IMG/VR virus record: IMGVR_UViG_3300027790_000011
Span: 1 to 44,222 of that record
Strand: one strand, 5' to 3'
Source: a virus
Taxonomy: Duplodnaviria > Caudoviricetes
Length of the DNA stretch: 44,222 nt
Shown here: positions 1-9,950 of the stretch, piece after piece
How the letters are laid out: the number at the start of each line of letters is the position of its first letter
Position numbering within the stretch: position 1 is the stretch's first letter
Program-made: the position numbers and the translations under genes
Notes under the pieces: generated by a model
Seen by the model: only the letters and a program-made list of their open reading frames with translations
What the model was told of the DNA's origin: nothing
The model's database searches: none

Positions 1-127
1 CTCTAGGCTACCCAGATCTGTACAGCGAGCTGTTCTTGCAGTGCTGGTTCTCTGGTGCCTGAGCCGGTGTCAATACGCAGTGTCTGATATCTCTCCGGGG
101 TACAGCGTTAAACCTGGGGTTGATATA
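1..127. repeat. Terminal direct repeat, identical to 44096-44222 (likely assembly overlap of a circular or permuted genome)
   Basis: ctctaggcta...ggggttgatata occurs exactly at both ends; 127 is a common assembler k-mer; the repeat falls inside an ORF. Confidence 0.9.
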
Positions 128-424
128 CAAAGCTGTACTGAGGAAACAAAGGCTGCTTTCCATGTCATGGCCAGGGTGTTCGCTGAACATGGACAAGAGA
201 TGGTTATAACATCAGGCGCAGAACCGTACCCACGCTTGCCTGGATCGAAGCACCCAGAGGGTAATGCGGTGGATCTGCGTTCAAAACATATGTCTATAAG
301 CATGAAGTTCAGTGTCCTGAAATCGTTAAGGTCACACCCTGAGTTGCAAGATTTTGATATCCTGCTGGAGAACATCCAGCAAGAACAAGAACATTTCCAC
401 GTGGAGAGAGACCCACGCCATTAA
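41..424 (+). CDS. Peptidase M15-like (Zn DD-peptidase fold) endolysin; the frame is open back across the junction to GTG 44088
   Basis: VITSG...SKH..GNAVDLR...HFHVE matches the SxH-x6-D...HxH Zn-ligand pattern; hydrophobic N-terminus. Confidence 0.7.
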   Translation: MLVLWCLSRCQYAVSDISPGYSVKPGVDIQSCTEETKAAFHVMARVFAEHGQEMVITSGAEPYPRLPGSKHPEGNAVDLRSKHMSISMKFSVLKSLRSHPELQDFDILLENIQQEQEHFHVERDPRH

Positions 425-441
425 GACCACAGGAGCGATAC

Positions 442-741
442 ATGACAACAGCGCAAAAACAGGCCCAAAGAAGTACAGAGTCGGCCACAGAGTCGCCTAA
501 GGAGGCGGAGCAGCCTACGTTCACAGTGGTGTACTTCCCGTGTGACCTTGTAGGTGTATACAGCCCGGAGGGGGGCTTAGTGGCTACACATGACAAGTTC
601 ACCAAGAGTAACGGTGACCTTGAGCGCGCTTTACGTGGCTTTATGGATTCAGGCGCTACTGTCGTTGAGACAAAATCAGAATCTGGTGGTAAGTTCTCAG
701 ATATCCCAGAAAAGCTTACTGACGTTGTCTCGAAGGGGTAA
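442..741 (+). CDS. Hypothetical protein
   Basis: ORF with AGGAG RBS, tightly packed between lysin and terS. Confidence 0.6.
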   Translation: MTTAQKQAQRSTESATESPKEAEQPTFTVVYFPCDLVGVYSPEGGLVATHDKFTKSNGDLERALRGFMDSGATVVETKSESGGKFSDIPEKLTDVVSKG

Positions 742-743
742 AT

Positions 744-1205
744 ATGAGCAGGCATGTACATCAGGTGTCAAACAAAACCTACGATCAACTAACTACGAAA
801 CGTCAGAAGTTCGTAGATCTGCTGGTTAAGGGCCAGTCCCGTGTAGACGCTTACCTTGGGGCTGGGTTCAAGGGAGCACCCCGTACATGCCGGAGCAATG
901 CGAGGAACTTGTTTTTTGAGCTTCAGCATGTGATCCATGACCAGATACTCAAGAGGATTGAGGCTGGTGGTATCCTGGGTGTTAACACAGTCCTTGAGCT
1001 GGCTAAGTCCGCTGAATCGGAAGCTGTCCGCTTGCAAGCCGCTGACAGGCTGATCAAGATGTCGAAATACGACACCCCCGAGAAACGTGTTATCTCTGTA
1101 CAGACCCAGTCAGACCAAGAGACAGATCAAGAGCTAGCAGAGCTTCTGCGTAAAGCTGGCCTGTCTAAGGCTGATGCAGATCCATCACAGAAGAAAATCC
1201 ACTGA
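744..1205 (+). CDS. terS: Terminase small subunit
   Basis: LTTKRQKFVDLLVKGQSRVDAYLGAGF HTH-like N-terminus; directly upstream of terL. Confidence 0.75.
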   Translation: MSRHVHQVSNKTYDQLTTKRQKFVDLLVKGQSRVDAYLGAGFKGAPRTCRSNARNLFFELQHVIHDQILKRIEAGGILGVNTVLELAKSAESEAVRLQAADRLIKMSKYDTPEKRVISVQTQSDQETDQELAELLRKAGLSKADADPSQKKIH

Positions 1206-1215
1206 GAAGTGCTGA

Positions 1216-2730
1216 GTGACTTCCACGGCTGAAGCACTGGACGAGCTTGAAGATCAAAAGCTAACTCCAGAGGAGAAGATCAGGTTACTTGAACTGCTCA
1301 GGAAGCAGCAGGACAGTATCCGCTTCAGGCGGCTAGAACACTTCGCCAAGGACGCGTACCCGTGGCAGAGGGAGCTTGGTAATTGCTCTGCCACATCGTC
1401 GCAGATCATGGCGATGTGTGCGAATCAGATCGGTAAGACAACAAGCGGTGCGTACATCACAGCTTGTCATGCTACCGGGCTGTACCCAGATTGGTGGGAA
1501 GGGCACAGGTTTGTCAAGCCCCCCTCTCTGTGGGCTTGTGGTATCAGTAATGAGACAACAAGGGATATCCTACAGTCGAATCTGTTAGGCCCGCCTGGTG
1601 TACTCGATGAGCAGGGCACGGGGTTCATACCACCCGAATGCATCATCAGCACTGTTCGGAAACCGCAAGTACCGAACGCTATCCAGACTGTCTACGTCCG
1701 GCATTTCCATAACGGAAAAGAGAACGGCGTATCGCGGTTGGATTTCAAAGCTTACGAGCAGGGTGAGAGTAAGTTCTACGGTAGGCCAATGGACTGGATA
1801 TGGCTGGATGAGCAGCCATCGCCGGGGATTTACACACAATGCATAACCAGGACTGTTGCCACTAACGGCAAGGTCATGATGACGTTCACACCTGAAGATG
1901 GTTTAACGGAAACCATTAATCAGTTCATGAACGATATCAAGCCTGGCCAATACTTGCTGAATGCTACTTGGGATGATGCCCCCCACCTCAGCGAGGACAG
2001 AAAGCGGGAGCTGTTATCACAGTACCCACCGCATGAAGCAAAGATGCGGGCTAAAGGCATACCTGTGTTTGGTAAAGGGCTTGTGTTCCCTGTACCAGAT
2101 GATGAAATCATGATAGAGCCGATGAAGATACCAGATCATTGGCCGAGGGTAGCTGGGATAGATTTTGGATGGGACCACCCTACAGCTATGGTTTGGATGG
2201 CTTGGGATAGGGAGACGGACTTCACTGTCGTGTACCACGAGTTCAGAGAGCGACTCCAGACGCCCCAAATGATGGCGCCTGTTATGCGTAAAGTTACTCC
2301 GTGGATACCTGTGGTGTGGCCGCACGATGGTAACAAAGCTAATCCCGGTAACGAGGGCGCTATATCCACGGCTGATCTGTACAGGAAAGAAGGTCTTAAG
2401 ATGACCCGAGACCACTTCCGTAATCCACTCGCACCTGGCGAGAGCGGCCCTGGTAATATCAAGCGGGAGCCTGGTATAACAGCAATAGTGCAGGCTATGG
2501 AAGCTGGCACCTTTAAAGTGTTCAGTACCTGCACTGACTGGTTCAAGGAGAAACAGATGTACTACCGGGGGGACGATGGCCAGATCGTGTGTATAAACGA
2601 TGACCTGATGTCTGCCACACGGTACGCTTATCAGTCGCGTAAGCGTTTCGCCTGTACTGAACCAGAGCACGATCAGTACACTAAATACACGGGCAGGGCG
2701 CTGCCTAATAATTCGCGCGGGATAGTTTGA
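1216..2730 (+). CDS. terL: Terminase large subunit (P22-like)
   Basis: Walker A ANQIGKT, Walker B WIWLDE, TFTP motif, nuclease motifs GIDFG and NDDLM. Confidence 0.95.
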   Translation: MTSTAEALDELEDQKLTPEEKIRLLELLRKQQDSIRFRRLEHFAKDAYPWQRELGNCSATSSQIMAMCANQIGKTTSGAYITACHATGLYPDWWEGHRFVKPPSLWACGISNETTRDILQSNLLGPPGVLDEQGTGFIPPECIISTVRKPQVPNAIQTVYVRHFHNGKENGVSRLDFKAYEQGESKFYGRPMDWIWLDEQPSPGIYTQCITRTVATNGKVMMTFTPEDGLTETINQFMNDIKPGQYLLNATWDDAPHLSEDRKRELLSQYPPHEAKMRAKGIPVFGKGLVFPVPDDEIMIEPMKIPDHWPRVAGIDFGWDHPTAMVWMAWDRETDFTVVYHEFRERLQTPQMMAPVMRKVTPWIPVVWPHDGNKANPGNEGAISTADLYRKEGLKMTRDHFRNPLAPGESGPGNIKREPGITAIVQAMEAGTFKVFSTCTDWFKEKQMYYRGDDGQIVCINDDLMSATRYAYQSRKRFACTEPEHDQYTKYTGRALPNNSRGIV

Positions 2731-2737
2731 GGTTTTA

Positions 2738-4771
2738 ATGGCTGATACAACTGTAACCGGCAGAAAACAACCTTTAGACGATGAGGATTTAATTGATATC
2801 GTCACACGCGCTGCTGGCGAGGCGATAGGGCCGCATGAGGGCGACCTGGAGCGTGATTCTGTTAAAGCGAATAATTACTACCTGGGCAAGCTTTACGGGG
2901 ATGAAGTTGAGGGACGAAGTGAGTTCGTAAGCCGGGAGGTGTTTGAAACCGTAGAGTGGATCATGCCTTACCTTGTCGACGTGTTTTTCTCTGGTGATCA
3001 GGCTGCTGTATTTGAGCCAGAGGATGACGATGATGTACAGTCCGCAGAGCAAGAGACTGAGTACGTGAACGCTGTGTTCTATCGGCAGAACAAAGGCTTC
3101 AAGATAGGGTACACGTGGCTCAAAGATGGCTTGCTGAACAAACTCGCTGTGGTGAAAGCTGTGCGAGAGGGCTGCTTTGGTGTCCGCGTTGAGTCAGCGG
3201 ATAACCTTACCGAAGACCAGGTTGCGCTGCGTATTGCTGAGCTTGATCCTGAAACACTGATCAGTTCCGAAGTAACACAACAGAAAGATAACCTGTTCAG
3301 TTTAGATCTGAAGTTCCAAGAATCTGGGAACAAGACAGTTATTTATAATGTCCCGCCAGAGAGCTTCCGGGTATCAGATACACGAGACTGTATCAGCACA
3401 GCTTATTACACCGGGGAATTCTACAAAAAGTCTATTTCTGAGTTACGAGAAATGGGGTACGATGTACCGGATGATATCTCTGACGAGTCCGGTGTAACAG
3501 ATCTCTCAACCTTAACAGATCACCGCGTCTCTGAAGTGCAATCTACACTGCTGGACGGCAGGACTGATCTTCGCGGGAGCAATCCGGCTGCTCGCGAGGT
3601 AGAGGTTGCAGAGGAGTACACTTTTATAGATATCGACCAGGACGGGTTCACCGAGCTGGTAAAAACTGTACGTGTCGGCAAGACATTACTTGATAAATCT
3701 GTTGTGCAAGCAAGACCATACCATGCATGGTCGAGCATTATGGTACCGCACCGTTTACACGGTTTATCAGCCGCCGATGCTGTCATGGATCTACAGAAGC
3801 TTCGCTCCCGGCTGATCCGTAACATGCTGGATAACCAGTGGCGGCAGAACAATGGGCGGTATGCGGTTGTAGATGGTGAAGTTAACCTTGACGACCTGTT
3901 AGTCAGTACACCACACGGTATCGTGCGTGAGAACTTCAGCGGGGCGGTCAGGGCGCTTGATACCCCAACGCTCGGGCCTGATGCTTTCAATATGCTGGGT
4001 TACACGGATACGTTAATGGAGCGCAGGTCAGGTGTTTCTGAAAGGAGCACTGGCCTTGATCCACGACAGTTCAACAGTAACACTGCTGCTACGACCGCTG
4101 AGCTCGTCATGACAGCCGCCCAGCAAAAAATACACTTAATAGCCAGGATATTTGCTGAGATCGGCCTGAAAGAATTATTTCTTGGCATACACCGCCTGGG
4201 GTTGCAGTTCGAGCACCCCGGTATGAAAATCAGGAACAACGATGGCAAGTTCATCGCCCTGAACCCTAACGCTTGGCGTGATCGCGCTGATATGACTATA
4301 CGTGTTGGTACAGGGAATGCCTCTAAGACACAGACAGCTTTAAGCATGGACCGTGTCATGGCTAGCCAGCAAGCTATTATCGCCGGTGGTGGGCTTGGTA
4401 CGTTAGTCACCCCAACGAACGTGTACAATCTAGCTATTGACCATGCCAAAGCTCTTGGCAGAAAGGATGCTGCAAGGTATTTCAAGCAACCGGAATCAGA
4501 CGAGATACCAGATAGTGGTCCGTCCGAGAATGACATCAAGCTGGAAGAAATGCGGCTTGAAGCGCAAGAGACACAGGCTAAGCTGGAGATAGAAGCACAG
4601 AAACTGGAAATAGAGGCTGCGAAACAGATCCTCGCCGAAGAAAAACTTGAGTTAGAGAAGCAGAGGCTAGAGTTTGAAGTTCGACGGCACGAGGACGAGA
4701 ACGAGTTCAAGCTGCTGGAGGCGCAGATAGAGCTTGAGCAGGGTGGGCCAACAAAACTTGGTAACGACTAG
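2738..4771 (+). CDS. Portal protein
   Basis: 677 aa after terL; YYLG...EGRSEFVSREVFETVEWIMP motif and coiled-coil C-terminal barrel as in P22-like portals. Confidence 0.9.
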   Translation: MADTTVTGRKQPLDDEDLIDIVTRAAGEAIGPHEGDLERDSVKANNYYLGKLYGDEVEGRSEFVSREVFETVEWIMPYLVDVFFSGDQAAVFEPEDDDDVQSAEQETEYVNAVFYRQNKGFKIGYTWLKDGLLNKLAVVKAVREGCFGVRVESADNLTEDQVALRIAELDPETLISSEVTQQKDNLFSLDLKFQESGNKTVIYNVPPESFRVSDTRDCISTAYYTGEFYKKSISELREMGYDVPDDISDESGVTDLSTLTDHRVSEVQSTLLDGRTDLRGSNPAAREVEVAEEYTFIDIDQDGFTELVKTVRVGKTLLDKSVVQARPYHAWSSIMVPHRLHGLSAADAVMDLQKLRSRLIRNMLDNQWRQNNGRYAVVDGEVNLDDLLVSTPHGIVRENFSGAVRALDTPTLGPDAFNMLGYTDTLMERRSGVSERSTGLDPRQFNSNTAATTAELVMTAAQQKIHLIARIFAEIGLKELFLGIHRLGLQFEHPGMKIRNNDGKFIALNPNAWRDRADMTIRVGTGNASKTQTALSMDRVMASQQAIIAGGGLGTLVTPTNVYNLAIDHAKALGRKDAARYFKQPESDEIPDSGPSENDIKLEEMRLEAQETQAKLEIEAQKLEIEAAKQILAEEKLELEKQRLEFEVRRHEDENEFKLLEAQIELEQGGPTKLGND

Positions 4772-4788
4772 CTAATGGTTAACAACCA

Positions 4789-5055
4789 GTGCACATGAAA
4801 ACAAAGACCACAGAAGAAATAATCCGGCTAGGCGTTGCTGCTAAGCTCTTGCTGGAGGATGAAGCAGTCCAGGCTGTTTTTCAAGACATGAAAGCAGGTC
4901 TTTACAGCGCACTTGACTCAATGGCATCAGATAATGAAAAAGATGTGATGGCAATCGTTAGGCAGTTACGTGCTATTCGAGCAATCCGTTCCAGACTGGA
5001 TTCATTACGCCAAGCTGGTGAGCGGGAACAACTCTTACAGAAGGAGTACGGATGA
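4789..5055 (+). CDS. Hypothetical helical protein in the head module
   Basis: ORF between portal and scaffold. Confidence 0.55.
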   Translation: MHMKTKTTEEIIRLGVAAKLLLEDEAVQAVFQDMKAGLYSALDSMASDNEKDVMAIVRQLRAIRAIRSRLDSLRQAGEREQLLQKEYG

Positions 5056-5234
5056 GCCAAGAACCAGAGGAATTACTGATACAGTTCACCGAATCTGAGG
5101 TCAGCGAGATCATATCAGAACTGGCGGAGCGTCCTTATAAAGACGTTGCTGATTTAATGTACACTGTTGCGGCGAGGGTACAACAAACAATTGTTGATAA
5201 CTCCCCTGAAGTGGCTAACATAATAACGGACTGA
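5052..5234 (+). CDS. Hypothetical protein
   Basis: AAGGAG RBS; ATGA overlap with upstream gene. Confidence 0.55.
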   Translation: MSQEPEELLIQFTESEVSEIISELAERPYKDVADLMYTVAARVQQTIVDNSPEVANIITD

Positions 5235-5290
5235 TTAGCGGACTTAAGCGCGCTGGAACTCACTTAAACACAACTTAGCAGGAGATTACA

Positions 5291-6358
5291 ATGGCTGACG
5301 AACAACCTAGAGAAGTGTTCCCAGAGATCACTGAATCACTAGGACTCGACGAAGCCCTTGAGCGCCTCACAAACAAACCGGACAGCTCAAAAGCTATAAC
5401 CGGCGAGGCAGAGGATGCACCTGAGGGCGCAGGACAAGAGGACGACTCCCCTGACCCCGACATGGAAGACGAAGTAAACGATACAGATCAAGACAGCCCT
5501 GAACCCGAGGATACAGATCCGGACCAGGATTCAGATCAAGAAGATCCGGATCAAGACCAAGAATCTGATGATCAAGAGGATAATTCAGAGCTTAATGACG
5601 AGTTCGTTTTCACGTACAAAGACGCCGAAACCGGCGAGGAAATTCCCATCACTGCGGAGGAAGCCCAGAAAGGTTACCTCAGGCAGCGGGCATTTACCAA
5701 AAAAACGCAAGCTCTCTCTAAAGAGATCACTGACGTAAAAGCAGAGAAAACTAAACTTCTGGAAACAACTACCGAAGTATCTAAGGTGCTTGAACAACTG
5801 AAGCTAGCTGCTGACCAATCAATGCAGGAGTTCATAGGCATTGACTGGACTAAGCTACAACAAGAAGACCCTCTGGAATACCAGGAAAAAGCCGAGAAAT
5901 ATGATGCTATCCGCCGCCAGAAACAGGCGGTGCAAGAGCAACACCAGGCTTTGACTGCGGAACTGGAGCGGGAATACGAAGCTGCTTTCAACGAAGCAAG
6001 GCAGGCTGAGTACGATAAACTTGTTGAGTTAGCCCCGGAGTTCGACCAAGATAATGGCGGGAGTGACTTCTTGAAATCCCTGCATACATACGCAGGGCAG
6101 TACGGTTTTACTGCGGATGAACTGTCTGGTGTAATAGATCACAGGATGCTTTTGGTTCTCAAAGATGCAGCCGCTTATTCTGACCTAAGCAAAAAGGTCA
6201 GGACAGGCAAGGAGAAGCTCAGAACTGAGAAAACACTGAAGCCTGGGAAAAAACCAAGTACCAGTGCATCAAGAAAACGTGATGCTGCGAGAGAGCGGAT
6301 GGTGAAAACTAATTCGTTTGAAGATGCGCTTGAATTCTTAAGCGCCAGAGGAAACTGA
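5291..6358 (+). CDS. Capsid scaffolding protein
   Basis: Acidic low-complexity N-half, GYLRQRAFTKKTQ motif, coiled coil, IDWTKL; precedes the capsid gene. Confidence 0.85.
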   Translation: MADEQPREVFPEITESLGLDEALERLTNKPDSSKAITGEAEDAPEGAGQEDDSPDPDMEDEVNDTDQDSPEPEDTDPDQDSDQEDPDQDQESDDQEDNSELNDEFVFTYKDAETGEEIPITAEEAQKGYLRQRAFTKKTQALSKEITDVKAEKTKLLETTTEVSKVLEQLKLAADQSMQEFIGIDWTKLQQEDPLEYQEKAEKYDAIRRQKQAVQEQHQALTAELEREYEAAFNEARQAEYDKLVELAPEFDQDNGGSDFLKSLHTYAGQYGFTADELSGVIDHRMLLVLKDAAAYSDLSKKVRTGKEKLRTEKTLKPGKKPSTSASRKRDAARERMVKTNSFEDALEFLSARGN

Positions 6359-6360
6359 TA

Positions 6361-7302
6361 ATGGCTACAACAAGCACAGATACGTATGACCAGGTCGGTA
6401 TTCGAGAAGACCTGATTAACTCTATTTATAATGTTGACCCGACCGAAGTGCCGTTCTTGTCTATGGCGCCTAAGGTCAAGGCAAGCAACACACTGCACGA
6501 GTGGCAAACTGATACATTTGCAGCTGCAAGTGACAACAAAGCGGTTGAAGGTGCGGATGCTACATTCACCCCAGCTGCGGCTACTGTCCGCTTGACGAAC
6601 TACACCCAGATCGCACAAAAAACGGCGCAGATCTCTAAAACCCTGGAAGCGACTGATCGCGCTGGCCGGGACAAAGAGATGAATTACCAGATGCTGAAGC
6701 GCGGTATCGAGATCAAGCGGGACATGGAGACTACCCTTGTTGGTACTAACAAGGCCAAAGCTGCTGGTAACGCGACAACTGCGCGTGATATAGCCTCGAT
6801 TCTATCGTGGATCACCACTAATACATCCATTGGTGGTAGTGGTGCTAACCCCACAGGTGACGGGACAGACGCACGTACAGACGGCACACAGCGGGCCTTT
6901 ACAGAGGGCTTGCTGGAGACCGTGATTGACGCTTGCTGGAATGCTGGCGGTAAACCCGATACTGTCATGGTAGGTAGCTTTAACAAACGGGCAATGAATG
7001 CGTTTGTTGGGCGGTCAACCAGTACCGACCACCCGGCAGAGAGTCGCAGCATCATCTCTGCTATGGACGTGTACGTGTCGGACTACGGTAACCTGAAGGT
7101 AGTACCTAACAGGTTTTCCAGAGCACGCGACGCGCTTGTTTATCAGCGTAGTATGTGGGCGGTGGCTTTCTTGCGTAATATGTCACCTAATGAAATTGCC
7201 CCCACAGGGGATTCCGATAAAAAGCAAATAGTAACCGAGTACACGCTAGAGGCTCGTAATGAGAAATCTAGTGGCCTGGTTGCTGACTTAACCACCTCTT
7301 GA
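6361..7302 (+). CDS. Major capsid protein (DUF5309/SU10-like)
   Basis: GIREDL...HEWQTD...NYTQI...YVSDYG...EYTLEARNEK motifs; followed by a terminator. Confidence 0.9.
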   Translation: MATTSTDTYDQVGIREDLINSIYNVDPTEVPFLSMAPKVKASNTLHEWQTDTFAAASDNKAVEGADATFTPAAATVRLTNYTQIAQKTAQISKTLEATDRAGRDKEMNYQMLKRGIEIKRDMETTLVGTNKAKAAGNATTARDIASILSWITTNTSIGGSGANPTGDGTDARTDGTQRAFTEGLLETVIDACWNAGGKPDTVMVGSFNKRAMNAFVGRSTSTDHPAESRSIISAMDVYVSDYGNLKVVPNRFSRARDALVYQRSMWAVAFLRNMSPNEIAPTGDSDKKQIVTEYTLEARNEKSSGLVADLTTS

Positions 7303-7307
7303 TGGTA

Positions 7308-7333
7308 AGGGGGCTTCGGCCCCCTGTTTTCTT
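7308..7333 (+). terminator. Rho-independent terminator after the capsid gene
   Basis: AGGGGGC-TTCG-GCCCCCT stem-loop followed by GTTTTCTT. Confidence 0.85.
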
Positions 7334-7347
7334 ATTAAAGGTTTATT

Positions 7348-7707
7348 ATGCCGACATTGCGTGACATTGAATACGACGCCTTTACAGGTATCACAAAACG
7401 GTGGTACTTAGATCAGGATAAAATCGTATGCCATAAAACCTGGGATGAGAGACCACTTGTCCAGGCAGCTAAACGCATAGCAAACAGCACAATAGACCAG
7501 GGTTTTATTAACTCTAAAAAGACCATGCACCATATGGCCTCTCTGCCGCCGTTGGTCATAGAAGAATTATTGAAAAAACATAACTTGAACGTTCTAGGCG
7601 ATCTGACGCCAGCAGAGCAGAAAAAGCTGAACCGTTTAATAGAGACAGAGTACCCGTGGTGCAAGACGCACACCAAGAAATTGTGGAGGCCGCATGGCGT
7701 TAAGTAA
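7348..7707 (+). CDS. Hypothetical protein
   Basis: ORF following the capsid gene, HHMASLP motif. Confidence 0.6.
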   Translation: MPTLRDIEYDAFTGITKRWYLDQDKIVCHKTWDERPLVQAAKRIANSTIDQGFINSKKTMHHMASLPPLVIEELLKKHNLNVLGDLTPAEQKKLNRLIETEYPWCKTHTKKLWRPHGVK

Positions 7708-8380
7708 TTACACTGAGATCAAGGCGTCGGTTGAGGCTTGGCTAAACCGTGAAGGTTTCACCGAGATCACTAACCAGACTGAAGACTTCTTGTTATTGGC
7801 GCATAAGCGTATTATCAGAGAGATACGCGCACCGTGGATGGAGTTAAGCACAACCCAGGCTGTGTCAGACACAACTGGGGAAGGGTCTCTTCCTGCTGAC
7901 TTCCTTGATGTCAAGACGCTGATTTACACGGACACTTCTGAATCGGTGACTTACGGCCTGATCCGCTCACCACGGTACGTTGTAGAATCTAAGCAGGAGG
8001 CAACAGGCGGATCTAAGTTCTATGAGATTAATAACGGTACCGTGTTCGTTGGGCCGAGACCTGCTGCTGCGGATACGTTTATTCTTGTGTACTATCAGGA
8101 ACCTACAGCTATTTCTAGCGGTACAGCGACAAACGCTATAAGCGATCAAGCCCCTGAGTTGTATCTTTATGGCGCGATGATCGAGGCGGCTATTTTCATG
8201 AAAGACTCCGACGCTGCTACTGTTTACAAGCAGGAGTTCCAAGAAGCTAAATCACGTATTGAGCAGTTCTCAGTACAGCACGAAGCATCCGGGGATGCTA
8301 TGACTGGCAGAGCTGAGAAGCCCTACCGCGAAGCTCATGTAGCGGTTCAGTCGTTAGTGACTCCGCCAGGAGCTGGGTAA
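7694..8380 (+). CDS. Head-tail adaptor / tail tubular protein, paralogue 1
   Basis: MALSNYTEIKASVEAWLNR...LPADFL...APELYLYGA pattern. Confidence 0.7.
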   Translation: MALSNYTEIKASVEAWLNREGFTEITNQTEDFLLLAHKRIIREIRAPWMELSTTQAVSDTTGEGSLPADFLDVKTLIYTDTSESVTYGLIRSPRYVVESKQEATGGSKFYEINNGTVFVGPRPAAADTFILVYYQEPTAISSGTATNAISDQAPELYLYGAMIEAAIFMKDSDAATVYKQEFQEAKSRIEQFSVQHEASGDAMTGRAEKPYREAHVAVQSLVTPPGAG

Positions 8381-9004
8381 GTGGCTTTACTTAACTACTC
8401 GGGGATAAAGGACGCTGTTGAGGACTGGCTTAACAGGGGTGGTTACTCTGAGATAACTGTCAGATCTCCAGACTTTATTGAAATGGGCCAGCGACGGCTG
8501 ATGCGTACCGTCCGTGTTCCTCCTATGGAGAACGCTACAGTTCTCTCTATAGATGCGAATGGCGATGCTGCTATCCCCACTGACTTGCTTGAGATCAAAG
8601 AACTAGTTGCAACTAAGTCTGATTGTGCATGGGCGCTTCAGCGCGCGACTATAGCTGAGGTGATGAAAGCGCGTAATAATTCATCTTATGTAACACCCAC
8701 CGTGTTTGATACCGCAGGGGCGACGCTGTACGTCGGTAGCGCCCCCGTGCAGGGGGAAGTTATAACTTTGTACTACTACAGGGAACTTGAGTTTGTTTCT
8801 AGTGCAGTTCCCGAGAACTGGTTCAGTAAATACGCACCAGAGCTTATCCTGTTCTCTGCGTTGTCAGAGGCGGGTGTATTCATGAAAGACCCGGCGCTCT
8901 CCGAAGGCTATGAAGCTAAACTGAACCAGAGCATTGATCTGCTTAACGCCCAACAAAAGCGGGGGGAGCACTCCGGCTCTCCGTTATCCGTCAGGTTAGG
9001 ATAA
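8381..9004 (+). CDS. Head-tail adaptor / tail tubular protein, paralogue 2
   Basis: MALLNYSGIKDAVEDWLNR...IPTDLL...APELILFSA aligns with 7694-8380 over its full length. Confidence 0.7.
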   Translation: MALLNYSGIKDAVEDWLNRGGYSEITVRSPDFIEMGQRRLMRTVRVPPMENATVLSIDANGDAAIPTDLLEIKELVATKSDCAWALQRATIAEVMKARNNSSYVTPTVFDTAGATLYVGSAPVQGEVITLYYYRELEFVSSAVPENWFSKYAPELILFSALSEAGVFMKDPALSEGYEAKLNQSIDLLNAQQKRGEHSGSPLSVRLG

Positions 9005-9042
9005 GCGCCTTTACAGTACAAAGTGACCATGCCACAGAACAG

Positions 9043-9390
9043 GTGATGTTTATGCCCCCAGAGATCAAAAAAGATATTTCATGGGCCGATATTATGTCGA
9101 TACTCACAGTGGCCGGTGGCCTTGTTTACTTCATATTTTTTGTCGGTGTTGATTCTGCGGGCTTAAGCTCATTAGTGCAGGCTAACACGGTTCGTATCGC
9201 TAACATAGACGCCAGGATTGATAAAGAAGAACGCCAGCGGAAAGCTGGGGAGAAAAAACTAATCGACGCTATTGAAAAAGTCGAAGAAAGGCAAGAGGTG
9301 ATTCGGAAAGAGCAGCGCGAGGACAACATCGAGCAAAACAGGAAGCTGGACGCAATCATAAGGCGGTTACCGCGCAGCGATAAGGACTGA
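9043..9390 (+). CDS. Membrane protein with one TM helix and a coiled coil (holin-like candidate)
   Basis: IMSILTVAGGLVYFIFFVGV hydrophobic segment followed by a charged coiled coil. Confidence 0.45.
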   Translation: MMFMPPEIKKDISWADIMSILTVAGGLVYFIFFVGVDSAGLSSLVQANTVRIANIDARIDKEERQRKAGEKKLIDAIEKVEERQEVIRKEQREDNIEQNRKLDAIIRRLPRSDKD

Positions 9391-9397
9391 CAGTACC

Positions 9398-9937
9398 ATG
9401 TTTTTAACTGATATTGACGACTACGACCACCGGCCTTATGTGAGGGGCGGCTTTATCCAGGAAGATCTGGTTATCAATGAAAACTGGATTTTTTGGCTCG
9501 ATGTTCAATCCAGTATTGTCTACGGCTGCCCGCCTGGGTTTGTTCACGACCTCGCATCGCGGCCTGCGCTGGTTGAGTTTTACATCTCTAAACTCGGGCG
9601 GTCACAACGATCAGCCTCAATGCACGACATTTGGTACGTCTACCAGGTCAACAGTAAGCGCTGGTCAGATTTACAGTATCACGCTGGCTGTATCGAAGAT
9701 GGTGTCGTTAATCGTAAAGGTTGGGCGATGCGCATAGCTTTAACTATCGGGGGATGGCATGCGTGGTGGTCTGAGGATAAAAGATTTTTTGTGCTGCTTG
9801 ATGGATTGGAGCGCGGAGCAGAGCCGCCGGTGGTTAGCGATCCTGAACGTATTGCTTATTTTGAGATGTGGATTAGAGGCGTTCCGTACAAAGACGCTTT
9901 TAATTATTCAGACTTTGTCATGAACGCTAATCTATAG
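9398..9937 (+). CDS. DUF1353-like protein
   Basis: PPGFVHDLASRP...ASMHDIWY...SDLQY resembles the DUF1353 GF.TD.AS.P...HD..Y pattern. Confidence 0.6.
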   Translation: MFLTDIDDYDHRPYVRGGFIQEDLVINENWIFWLDVQSSIVYGCPPGFVHDLASRPALVEFYISKLGRSQRSASMHDIWYVYQVNSKRWSDLQYHAGCIEDGVVNRKGWAMRIALTIGGWHAWWSEDKRFFVLLDGLERGAEPPVVSDPERIAYFEMWIRGVPYKDAFNYSDFVMNANL

Positions 9938-9950
9938 CGGGGAGCATAGC

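Noticed and set aside
1-127. 127-bp terminal repeat as a biological DTR
   Set aside because: The length equals a standard assembler k-mer and it falls inside the lysin ORF; more likely a circularisation overlap
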